37,193 nt of DNA from Thermoplasmata archaeon (lineage in GTDB: Archaea; Thermoplasmatota; Thermoplasmata; Lutacidiplasmatales; UBA184), in assembly GCA_035945735.1 (NCBI GenBank), contig DASYZY010000033.1, forward strand, positions 1-37,193. The letters run 5' to 3'. Shown here piece after piece: positions 16,551 to 24,460 of the stretch. The notes beneath the pieces were generated by a model. It was not told the DNA's origin, did no database searches, and worked only from the letters and a program-made list of their open reading frames with translations. Made by a program: the position numbers and the translations under genes. Position 1 is the first letter of the stretch. Each line of letters begins with the position of its first letter.

Positions 16551-17991
16551 GGCGGCCCTCGCGCTCTCCGACTCCACGCGCGAGGACGCTGAGCTCCTCG
16601 CGGTCGACCTCTGGGGTTCGCGGGTCCACGCCCGGATGCTGGGCGAGACCGGCATCCTGCCCGTCGCGAGCGCCCGCCGGATCGATGCCGGCCTGCGCGC
16701 CCTCGAGCGGCGGGCCGCCGCCGGGAAGTTCCGGCTCTCGCCGGAGCTCGAGGACGTCCACCTGAACGTGGAGGAGGAGCTTACCCGTCGGATCGGCCGG
16801 GACGGCGAGCGGCTCCACACCGGCCGCAGCCGCAACGACCAGGTGGCGACCGACCTGCTCCTGTGGCTGCGCGAGGCGCTGCTCGATCTCGAGGAGGGCA
16901 CCGCCCGGGTGGCCGAGTCGCTCCACCGGCTCGCCGCCGGCCCGCAGGGCCGGCGGGTCGTCGCCGGCTGGACCCATCTCCAACCCGCCCAGAGGGTCTA
17001 CGTCGCCCAGATCCTGGCGACCCACGCGCTCCGGTTCCTCCGCGACGCCGAGCGGTTCCGCTCCATCCGGGAGCGGCTCACCGACTCGCCGCTCGGTTCC
17101 GGCGCGCTTGCCGGCAGCTCGTTGCCACTGGACCGACGCCGCACCGCCGAGCTCCTCGGCTTCTCCCGTCCCTCGGTGAGCTCGCTCGACGCGGTGAGCG
17201 ACCGCGACCCGGTGCTCGAGACGCTCGCGGCGCTCGCGCTGCTCTCGGTCCACGTGAGCTCGCTCGCCGAGGAGCTGGTGCTCGGCTCCATGCCCCAGGT
17301 CGGCCGGGTGCGCCTCGCCGATGCGTTCGTCACCACGAGCTCGCTCATGCCCCACAAGCGAAACCCCGACCTCGCCGAGCTGCTGCGCGCCGAGAGCGGC
17401 CCGGCGCTGGGTCGGCTGGTGGCCCATCTCACGCTCCTCAAGGGTCTCCCGCTCGCCTACAACCGGGACCTCCAGACCGGCAAGCCGATCCTCTTCGACG
17501 GGGTCGAGCGCGCCCGACGCGCGCTCGAGGTCCTCGCGCCCATGCTCGCGACGGCCGAGTTCCTCACGCCGATCGAGCCGGGCGCCGACACCTCCTCGGT
17601 CGAGCTCGTCGATGCCCTCGTCCGGGCCGGCGTGCCGTTTCGCGCGGCCCACGCCCGGCTCGCGCGCGTGCTGGCCCGGCTCGAGGGCGACGGACGAACG
17701 CTGCGAGACCTGGGGCCCGCCGAGTGGCGGCGGGAGCTCCCCGAGCTCGCTCACGGCTCGATGCCGGCGCCGGAGTCCGAGCCGGAGCTCCGGCAGACGG
17801 AAGGCGGCAGCGCGCGTACTTCGGTCCGGCCGCTCCTCGCCGAGGTCGGTCGCCGGTCGCGCCGGGCGCTCGCGGTCAGCCGCGCGGAGCGCGCGCGCCT
17901 CCGGGCGCTCCGCTCCCGGCTCGACCGCCCCATCGCGATTCGATCGGGCGCCCAGCGCGCAGCTCGCCGGAAGCCCCCACGCCGGAGGTGA
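16492..17991 (+). CDS. argH: Argininosuccinate lyase
   Basis: The sequence carries LRDRFSRPLD...DLWGSRVHARML, the fumarate-lyase signature SSLMPHKRNPD, and HTGRSRNDQVATD. ATG 16492 overlaps argG by 59 nt; GTG 16516 is an alternative start. It has an Arg-rich C-terminal tail of about 35 aa. Confidence 0.9.
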   Translation: MPARRTNSVLRDRFSRPLDRAALALSDSTREDAELLAVDLWGSRVHARMLGETGILPVASARRIDAGLRALERRAAAGKFRLSPELEDVHLNVEEELTRRIGRDGERLHTGRSRNDQVATDLLLWLREALLDLEEGTARVAESLHRLAAGPQGRRVVAGWTHLQPAQRVYVAQILATHALRFLRDAERFRSIRERLTDSPLGSGALAGSSLPLDRRRTAELLGFSRPSVSSLDAVSDRDPVLETLAALALLSVHVSSLAEELVLGSMPQVGRVRLADAFVTTSSLMPHKRNPDLAELLRAESGPALGRLVAHLTLLKGLPLAYNRDLQTGKPILFDGVERARRALEVLAPMLATAEFLTPIEPGADTSSVELVDALVRAGVPFRAAHARLARVLARLEGDGRTLRDLGPAEWRRELPELAHGSMPAPESEPELRQTEGGSARTSVRPLLAEVGRRSRRALAVSRAERARLRALRSRLDRPIAIRSGAQRAARRKPPRRR

Positions 17992-18965
17992 GCCGAACGG
18001 GCCGTGGCGCCGGCGCCCCCGGTCGTCCCCGGCTCAACGACCTCACCGGCCGGGAGTGGATCCGGTTCACCCGCTCGTGGTTCATCGGGCGGCCCCCGCC
18101 CCGCTCGCCGAAGGAGCGCGCCCATCCGGCCAAGTTCCCCGAGGCGCTGGCCGAGGAGTTCGTCCGGTTCTTCACCCGACGTGGTGAGTGGGTGCTCGAT
18201 CCCTTCGCCGGCACGGGCACCACGCTCGTGGCCGCGCGCCGCCTCGGGCGCCCATCGCTCGGCGTAGAGCTGAACCCGGAGTTCGTCCGCCTCTCGACCG
18301 AACGGCTGGGCGAGGAGCTCCCGAGATCGGCGACACCGGCCGAGGTGGTGCACGGGGATGCGCGGCGCGTCGAGGCGCTCTGGCGGGCGCGGAAGGTCCC
18401 GGCCGCCGGTCTCGTGCTGACCTCCCCGCCGTACTGGGACATGCTCCGCCAGGGGCGAGGCGGGGTGCGGTCGGTGCACCGACGGCGCGCCGAGGCCGGG
18501 TTGGCCACTCGGTACTCCGCCGACCCGTACGACCTCGGGAACCTCGCCGAGTACGACCAGTTCCTCGACGAGCTCGTTCCCATCCTGCGCTCGGCCGGAA
18601 CGCTGCTCGCCCCCGGCAAGTACCTCGTCGTGGTCCTGCAGAACCTGCGCGACCCCCAAGGGAAGTACCGCGCGCTCGCCTGGGACATCGCGCGACGGCT
18701 CGACGCCGGCGCGCTGGAGTTCCAGGGCGAGCGGATCTGGTGCCAGGACTCCAAGCCGCTCGGCATCTGGGGCTTTCCGGTCACGTTCGTCCCGAACATC
18801 CACCACCACTACTGCCTCATCTTCCGCCGAGCGCCGGACCCGGCGACCGGCGCGACAAGCACCGCGCCGACCCGGGGCGGGGCGGTCAGTCGATCGCGCG
18901 GGCGAACTCGCCGAGCATCTCGACGGCCGCCGACAGGTGGCGCTGCGAGATCTGCTCGACGTTGA
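17988..18965 (+). CDS. Orphan N4/N6 DNA methyltransferase (N6_N4_Mtase family) with permuted motif order
   Basis: The real part of the 700-aa track ORF is its last 325 codons. It carries HPAKFPEALAEEFVRFFTRRGEWVLDPFAGTGTTLVAARRLGRPSLGVELN (AdoMet motif I region). This is followed, not preceded, by VHGDARRV...LVLTSPPYW (catalytic motif IV). The GTG at 17988 overlaps the argH TGA (GTGA). Confidence 0.75.
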   Translation: MSRTGRGAGAPGRPRLNDLTGREWIRFTRSWFIGRPPPRSPKERAHPAKFPEALAEEFVRFFTRRGEWVLDPFAGTGTTLVAARRLGRPSLGVELNPEFVRLSTERLGEELPRSATPAEVVHGDARRVEALWRARKVPAAGLVLTSPPYWDMLRQGRGGVRSVHRRRAEAGLATRYSADPYDLGNLAEYDQFLDELVPILRSAGTLLAPGKYLVVVLQNLRDPQGKYRALAWDIARRLDAGALEFQGERIWCQDSKPLGIWGFPVTFVPNIHHHYCLIFRRAPDPATGATSTAPTRGGAVSRSRGRTRRASRRPPTGGAARSARR

Positions 18966-19827
18966 CCCCGAGCGGTACGCTCGAGCGCTCGCTCTCGGCC
19001 CGGGCGCGCACCGCCTGCCAGACCTCGAGGGCGAGCCGGCCCGCGCGCCGGGCGGCGCCCTCGTCGCCCGGGCCGAGCAGGCTGCGCTCGGTCTCCTCGG
19101 GCACCTCCGCGCCGAGCCAGCGGACGAACTCGCAGTCGGCCTCGTCCGACAGCGGGGCGACGCTCAGCAGCACGGCCGCCGGGACGACGCGCTCGGCGGC
19201 GCACCTTTCGCCGTACTCCCGGATCAGCGCGGAGACGGAGCTCCCATCGAACAGGATCTGGGTGGTGAAGAACGCCGCGCCCGCCCGGGTCTTCGCGAGC
19301 ATCCGATGCGCTTCGCCCGTGCGCTGGGGGATCGCGATGTTGCCGATCCGGCCGTCGACGGCGCCGAACAGCTCCGCGCAGATGCGGTTCGACTCGATGA
19401 CCGGCGGGCCCGGGTAGGGGATGTACCGGCTCGAGCCGCCGACGAACACCGCGTGGCGGAGGCCGAGGCCCACGGTCTCACGTGCCCAGTCGGCGAGCCC
19501 CTCGGCCGACGGGAGGTGCGCGACGACCTTGTTCACGATCGCCTCGCACCCGGCACCGGCGGCGAGCGTCGAGGCGAAGCGCCGGGGGTCGCCGGATCGG
19601 TAGTAGGGCCGGCCGTCGTGGTTCTCGTCGACGAGCTCGGGGATGTTCACGGCGTCCAGCCTCGGCTGAGCGCGCAGCATCCGGACGAGCGTCTCGGTAT
19701 GCAGGCCCGAGCGGACCGGGTCGGCGCGCACGGAGGGGGGCACCGGTTCGAAGAGCAGGGGGCGGGCGGCGAGCGCCTCGCCGAGGGAGCGCGACACGGC
19801 AGACGGGGCGGCCCGCCGGCCGCTCAA
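18886..19827 (-). CDS. Methylenetetrahydrofolate-reductase-like (MetF/MTHFR fold) protein, divergent
   Basis: It resembles MTHFR in pattern: LLFEPVPPS (cf. FEFFPP), AVFVGGS, and AIPQRTGEAHRMLAKTRAGAAFFTTQILFD (cf. the TQ-x-FFD region). The track ORF (438 aa) runs upstream through the neighbouring gene. TTG 19827 or GTG 19797 are realistic starts. Confidence 0.5.
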   Translation of the reverse strand: MSGRRAAPSAVSRSLGEALAARPLLFEPVPPSVRADPVRSGLHTETLVRMLRAQPRLDAVNIPELVDENHDGRPYYRSGDPRRFASTLAAGAGCEAIVNKVVAHLPSAEGLADWARETVGLGLRHAVFVGGSSRYIPYPGPPVIESNRICAELFGAVDGRIGNIAIPQRTGEAHRMLAKTRAGAAFFTTQILFDGSSVSALIREYGERCAAERVVPAAVLLSVAPLSDEADCEFVRWLGAEVPEETERSLLGPGDEGAARRAGRLALEVWQAVRARAESERSSVPLGVNVEQISQRHLSAAVEMLGEFARAID

Positions 19828-19832
19828 GTGGA

Positions 19833-20402
19833 TTACGGGCCGCCCTCGAGGTTCGGCGGCGGTTCGCCCGTCGGCGGTTCGGGGCCCTCGACCGGCTCCT
19901 CCTCGTCGTCCCAGTCGGCGCGGAGCCAGCCAACGGCGAAGACGATCAGTCCGAAGAAGTACAGGAGCATCCCGGCGAGCCCGCCGGCGAAAGGACCGAT
20001 GTCCTGGACCGTGACCTGCGAGGCGCCGAGGCCGAGACCCGAGGTGATCACGGCGTAGTAGTCGCCGCTCTGCGCGGGGAAGGAGGTGGAGCCGGAGCTC
20101 GCGTACCCCACGGCCACCGGGGGCCGGGCCGAGGCGTTGGTGCAGCTGGGGTTGGTCCCGCAGGGGAACACCTCGAGCAGGAGCTTGCCGGAGCCCTGCC
20201 AAGTGACGGTCACCTCGATGTAGGGATGGAAACCGTCGAGCCGCGTGCCGTCGGTGCCCAGCGGGCTCGAGAGCGTGAACACGACCTCCTCGCCCGGCCC
20301 CAGCGTGGTCGAGGCGCTGGTCGTGGAGCTCAACGGCAGGTAGGCGAGCAGCGCCCCCACGACGGTGAAGACCGCTCCGGCGACGACCCAGCCCCGACGC
20401 AT
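19833..20402 (-). CDS. Hypothetical bitopic membrane protein (N-terminal anchor, beta-rich ectodomain, C-terminal TM, acidic/Pro-rich tail)
   Basis: The hydrophobic segments are WVVAGAVFTVVGALLAYL and LAGMLLYFFGLIVFAVGWL. The tail is DWDDEEEPVEGPEPPTGEPPP. No family was recognised. Confidence 0.55.
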   Translation of the reverse strand: MRRGWVVAGAVFTVVGALLAYLPLSSTTSASTTLGPGEEVVFTLSSPLGTDGTRLDGFHPYIEVTVTWQGSGKLLLEVFPCGTNPSCTNASARPPVAVGYASSGSTSFPAQSGDYYAVITSGLGLGASQVTVQDIGPFAGGLAGMLLYFFGLIVFAVGWLRADWDDEEEPVEGPEPPTGEPPPNLEGGP

Positions 20403-20463
20403 CGCTCGAGGCAGACGATGGCCGGCCCCGCTACTTAGAACGGGCGGCGGGCGCGCAGCCCAC

Positions 20464-21630
20464 CTACCCCGGCTGCAGGCGCTCGACGGCGGTCGTGCGG
20501 CCCGGGCTCAGGAACCGCCCGGGCCCGAACTCCTCGGCCGGAAGGTCGATCGATTGGCCGAGGACCGCGCGCGCGACCCGCTTGGAGGTGGCCGGCGAGA
20601 GCATGAAGCCGTGGCCGCCGAAGCCGTTGGCATGGAAAAAACCGGGGAGCCGCGGGTCCTCGCCAATGACCGGCATCCCGTCCGGCGTCTCGTCGTAGTA
20701 GCCGGCCCAGGCCCGGAGGACGTTGAGGCCGGCCAGGTTCGGAAAGAGCTCGAGCAGCGAGTGCGACATGCGGCGGAGGAAAGCGATCGAGCTGGGCGGA
20801 CCCGGCACCACCCCGGCGGGGTGGGGCATCGTGAGCCCGCCGACGAGCTCGCCCCGCATCGTCTGGCTCACGTACAGGCCGTCGGAGAGCCGGATCACCA
20901 TGGGGTCCAGGAACGGCTTCATCGGCTCGGTCGCCAGGATCTCGTGCCGGCTCGCGACGTTCGGCACTTCAAGGCCGGCCAGTCGCGAGACGAGCCCGGA
21001 CCAACCGCCGGCGGCGTTGACGACGTCGTCGACGCCGACCCGGCCCTGGGCGAGCCGGACCCCCGACACTCGACCGTTGGCGGTGTCGAAGCCGATCACC
21101 TCGGCGTTCGTGAACACGTGGACGCCGAGCCGCACCGCCTCCTCGTACACGCCCCACAGGGCCGGGAACGGGTACAACGTCCCGTCGCTCGAAAGATACG
21201 AGCCGCCGCGCAGCCCCGGCAGCCGGAGCGCCGGGGCGAGCTGGGAGGCCCCTGCGGCATCGAGACGACGCAGCGGCAGGCCGGCCCAGCGGACGGCGGC
21301 CGCCACCCGGTCGAGCTGGGCCACCTCCGCATCGCTCTCGGCCAGGAACAGGTAGCCCCCTTGACGGAAGTACGGGTTGTAGCCGTACTCCGCCGGAAAG
21401 TCGCGCCAGGCGGCGACCGCCTCCTGGGCGAGGCGGACGGTGACCGGCGTCTCCCACTGCTGGCGGACCCCGCCGCCGTTGCGCCCGGATCCACCGGAGG
21501 AGAGGAACCCCCGCTCGAAGACGGCGACCGGTCCGGATCCGGCCCGCGCCAGGTGGACGGCCGTGAACATCCCGACGATCCCCCCGCCGACGATGGCCAC
21601 GGCGTAGCGGTCGCGCAGCGTCGGGGTCAT
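20464..21630 (-). CDS. FAD-dependent amine/amino-acid oxidoreductase, DAO family (sarcosine oxidase beta / HcnC / OoxB / archaeal proline dehydrogenase beta-like)
   Basis: MTPTLRDRYAVAIVGGGIVGMFTAVHLA is the GxGxxG FAD fold. SGRNGGGVRQQW and the C-terminal HANGFGGHGFMLSP are also present. The ATG at 21630 overlaps the upstream stop (ATGA). The track ORF extension to 21945 is spurious. Confidence 0.8.
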   Translation of the reverse strand: MTPTLRDRYAVAIVGGGIVGMFTAVHLARAGSGPVAVFERGFLSSGGSGRNGGGVRQQWETPVTVRLAQEAVAAWRDFPAEYGYNPYFRQGGYLFLAESDAEVAQLDRVAAAVRWAGLPLRRLDAAGASQLAPALRLPGLRGGSYLSSDGTLYPFPALWGVYEEAVRLGVHVFTNAEVIGFDTANGRVSGVRLAQGRVGVDDVVNAAGGWSGLVSRLAGLEVPNVASRHEILATEPMKPFLDPMVIRLSDGLYVSQTMRGELVGGLTMPHPAGVVPGPPSSIAFLRRMSHSLLELFPNLAGLNVLRAWAGYYDETPDGMPVIGEDPRLPGFFHANGFGGHGFMLSPATSKRVARAVLGQSIDLPAEEFGPGRFLSPGRTTAVERLQPG

Positions 21631-23279
21631 GCGGCCTCCTCCGGCAACGCGGCCCAGGCGCCGAGCGGCGTCGGCGTGACGGGCGGTCGCTGCCGGATGT
21701 AGCCGACCTCGGCCGCGCTGCGCTGCTCGGCGGCGCAGAGCAGCAGGATCGTGTCGGGCAGGCAGTACCGGCCCTGGCAGAGGCCGGTGCCGACGCCGGT
21801 GTACCGCTTGATCTCCTCGATCCCCCGGTACCCGGCCCGGCTCGCCTCCTCGACCTCGCGGAGCAGGATGTCCTCGCAGGCGCACAGGATCCACTTGCCC
21901 CCGCTCTCGCGCCGCGCCAGGAGCTCGGAGTAGTACCCGGCCCATTCGGGCCAGCCGTCGGCGGAGGCGCGCGGGGGCACCGTGCCCGGTGCGTTCCCGC
22001 TCAGGAGCTGCTCGGCGACGGCGATGCCACTGGCCTCGGCGGGGGCGCCCGGGAGGAAGCCGGCCGCCTCACCGATCCCGTACAGCCCCCCGACGGTCGT
22101 CTCGAACCCCTCGCGGAGTTCGGGAGTGTAGGCGCCGATCTCCCCCCGCCACTGCATGCGCGCCCCCGCCTGGAAGAAGAGCGGGGCGTTGGGGAGTCGG
22201 CGGTGGGCGAGCAGCACGGCGTCGACCGGAATCCGGTGCTCCTCGCCGCGCCCGCGCGCCGCGACCCGGACCCCCCGCACCCGGCGGCGGCCGAGCACCC
22301 CCAATAGGAGGGTCCGGGGCAGTAGCGGTACATCGAGCTCGGCGGCCCGCGAGGCGACCTCGGGCGCGAACGCGCCCGGGGAGAGCGCGGCGGCGATATG
22401 CGTGCCGAAGCGGTCGAGCATCTCCGCGGCCCGCCCGCCCGCGCCGACCAACAGCGCGCGGCGGAACGGCGGGTCGCGGCCTGCCGGCGCCAGCGCGAGC
22501 GCGCCGGAGGCGGTGAGCACCCCGGGGCGATCCATCCCGGCCGCTAACAGCCCGGCGTCGTAGGCCCCGGTCGCGATGATCACAGTCCGAGAGCGAAGGA
22601 GGAGGGAGCCGCCCCGCTCGTCGACCGCGGTGGCGAGGAAGGGAGAGGAGCGGGCCGGATCCGGCGGGGGCAGGAAGGAGACCGTCGTCCGCGCGCACGC
22701 GGTCACCCCCGATGGCGGCGCCAGGATGGGGCCCCGATCGAGGAGGGCCACGGCCCGCCCCGCCGCCGCCAGTCGGGCGGCCGCCCAGCGGCCCGAGGGC
22801 CCCCCGCCGACCACGAGCACCTCGGTCTCGATCTGCCCGGCGCGCTTGCCCGTCGACGCCCCGGTAGGTGCCGGGGGCCGGCCGTAACCGGCGAGCGAGC
22901 GGATCGTGCGTTGGTACAGCCGGCGGAGGAACGCCGGGCGCCGGAACCCCCGGAGCGTGTCGATGCCCCGGGGGTAGAGGAGGTCGAGCGCCGCGTATAG
23001 GTCGGTCTCGACAGAGGGCCAGCCGTTCTCGGTCTCAACCTGATCGCCCGGCTGGGGGCGGTAAACGCAGGAGCGCACGTTGGGCACCCCGTTCACGCGA
23101 ACGAGGCATTGGGAGCAATATCCCACCCCGCAGAACGGGGCGCGGGGTCGGTGGTAGCGGATCGAGCGGCCGAGGAGGGGGGCGGCGGCCCCGGTCAGGC
23201 CGGCCGCGAGCGGCTGATCGGGGGCGACCGCGACGTTTCGACCGCCGAACCGGACCATGCGGGCGCCGGTTCCGGCCAT
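21627..23279 (-). CDS. Fused 2Fe-2S / FAD-NAD(P) oxidoreductase / BFD-like [2Fe-2S] protein (SoxA N-terminal part, HcnA+HcnB, OoxA-like)
   Basis: The N-terminal Cys-rich domain is PFCGVGYCSQCLVRVNG...VRSC. The Rossmann motif is VLVVGGGPSGRWAAARLAAAG. The C-terminal BFD-like domain is ILCACEDILLREVEEA...GVGTGLCQGRYC. At 550 aa it lacks the folate-binding (GcvT-like) half of canonical SoxA. Confidence 0.75.
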   Translation of the reverse strand: MAGTGARMVRFGGRNVAVAPDQPLAAGLTGAAAPLLGRSIRYHRPRAPFCGVGYCSQCLVRVNGVPNVRSCVYRPQPGDQVETENGWPSVETDLYAALDLLYPRGIDTLRGFRRPAFLRRLYQRTIRSLAGYGRPPAPTGASTGKRAGQIETEVLVVGGGPSGRWAAARLAAAGRAVALLDRGPILAPPSGVTACARTTVSFLPPPDPARSSPFLATAVDERGGSLLLRSRTVIIATGAYDAGLLAAGMDRPGVLTASGALALAPAGRDPPFRRALLVGAGGRAAEMLDRFGTHIAAALSPGAFAPEVASRAAELDVPLLPRTLLLGVLGRRRVRGVRVAARGRGEEHRIPVDAVLLAHRRLPNAPLFFQAGARMQWRGEIGAYTPELREGFETTVGGLYGIGEAAGFLPGAPAEASGIAVAEQLLSGNAPGTVPPRASADGWPEWAGYYSELLARRESGGKWILCACEDILLREVEEASRAGYRGIEEIKRYTGVGTGLCQGRYCLPDTILLLCAAEQRSAAEVGYIRQRPPVTPTPLGAWAALPEEAA

Positions 23280-23381
23280 CGCGCGCCGGGCACGGAGCGA
23301 TTCGATATTTAGCCGCCCGGGCGCTCCGGCGCCGTCGACGGCCAGACCTGAACCCGTCGACAGTAGTCGGCCTACGAAAAT

Positions 23382-23396
23382 CTATATAGTATACTA
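23382..23396 (+). promoter_or_regulatory. TATA box (CTATATA, 23382..23388) overlapping the perfect 10-bp palindrome TAGTATACTA (23387..23396)
   Basis: It lies 18-32 nt upstream of the ATG at 23414 (leaderless geometry). It is the only AT-rich stretch in the divergent intergenic region 23280..23413. Confidence 0.45.
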
Positions 23397-23413
23397 GAAA
23401 GTCGCGCCGACCC

Positions 23414-24454
23414 ATGCGGACTACGGGAGGCTTTCACGGACGCCGGATCCAGAAGACCGGCGGCTCCACCTACATCGTCTCCCTGCCCAAGAGCTGGGTC
23501 GTCGAGCGCGGCCTCTCCGCCGGCGACGTCCTTCAGTTCCTCCCGCGCTCCGATGGATCCTTGGCGGTCTACGCCGAGGAGGGGGCGAACGCCCCTTCGC
23601 CGCGGCGGGTCATCGAGATCGAGAACGGCCTACCCGCCGAGCACCTCTTCCGGCGCCTGGTGGCGGAGTACATCGCCGGGGTGCCGCTGCTGGAGCTCCG
23701 CTCGCACGGCCGGATGGGGGCGGGCACCCGGGAGGTCATCCGGGGCTTTGCCCAGCGGATGATCGGCCCCGAGATCCTCGAAGAGAGCGCCGACTCGGTC
23801 ATTCTGCAGGACGTCATCGGCCCGAACCCGCTGCCCATCCCTTCCGTGATCCGCCGGATGCACCAGATGGTCCGGGCGATGCAGGGCGACGCGATGGCGG
23901 CGTTCCGTGCGCAGGACGCCTCGCTCGCCAAGGACGTCACCGAGCGGGACTGGGAGGTCGACCGGCTCCACTGGTTCGTGGGCAAGCAGGTGACGACCGC
24001 CCTGCGCGACGCCCGGACGCTCGCCTCGATCGGGCTCACGCTACCGGAGTGCGCGACCTACCTCCTCGCCTCTCGAGTCCTGGAGCGGATCGCCGACCAC
24101 GCGGTCCGTATCTGCGGCACGCTCGAGATGATCGAGCGTGAGAAAGTACCCGAAGAGTCGCTCAAGGAGCTCGAGCGGATCGCCGACATCGCCGCCGCGG
24201 CGCTCGGGGATGCGCTCGACGCCCTAGAAAAGCGCGACATCGACCGGGCGAACTCCGTACTGGACAGCGTGGGGCAGATCCCCCCCGAGCGAGAGAAGAT
24301 CCTCCGGATCATCGGCTCCAAACGTGGACGCCTGGCCGTCGCCCTCGCCTACGTGTTCGAGAGCCTCGAACGGAGCGCGTTCTACGCGAGCGACCTCGCC
24401 GAGATCGCGATCAACCACGCCGTCGAAGTGACGCCCGAACCGGCGAGCACTTAG
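23414..24454 (+). CDS. AbrB/SpoVT-domain plus PhoU-domain regulator (archaeal phosphate-uptake-regulator type), paralog 1
   Basis: The N-terminal swapped-hairpin motif is RRIQKTGGSTYIVSLPKSWVVERGLSAGDVL. Two PhoU-like helical repeats follow (DWEVDRLHW..., RVLERIADHAVRI, SLERSAFYASDLAEIA). Confidence 0.8.
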   Translation: MRTTGGFHGRRIQKTGGSTYIVSLPKSWVVERGLSAGDVLQFLPRSDGSLAVYAEEGANAPSPRRVIEIENGLPAEHLFRRLVAEYIAGVPLLELRSHGRMGAGTREVIRGFAQRMIGPEILEESADSVILQDVIGPNPLPIPSVIRRMHQMVRAMQGDAMAAFRAQDASLAKDVTERDWEVDRLHWFVGKQVTTALRDARTLASIGLTLPECATYLLASRVLERIADHAVRICGTLEMIEREKVPEESLKELERIADIAAAALGDALDALEKRDIDRANSVLDSVGQIPPEREKILRIIGSKRGRLAVALAYVFESLERSAFYASDLAEIAINHAVEVTPEPAST

Positions 24455-24460
24455 TCGGTT

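Noticed and set aside
14150-17754. ORFs 14150..16765 (+, 871 aa), 14385..15260 (-), 15960..16901 (-) and 16426..17754 (-, 442 aa)
   Set aside because: These are alternate or antisense frames of argJ, argB, argG and argH. All four arg genes have strong family signatures in the chosen frames.
16863-17987. N-terminal 375 codons of the 700-aa ORF 16863..18965
   Set aside because: This part overlaps argH out of frame and is Arg/Pro-rich. Methyltransferase motifs only begin after the GTG at 17988, which coincides with the argH stop.
18188-20438. ORFs 18188..19417 (+), 18937..20058 (+), 19482..20438 (+), 17751..18809 (-) and 17876..18799 (-)
   Set aside because: These are shadow frames over the methyltransferase, MTHFR-like and membrane-protein genes. 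They are low-complexity and carry no motifs.
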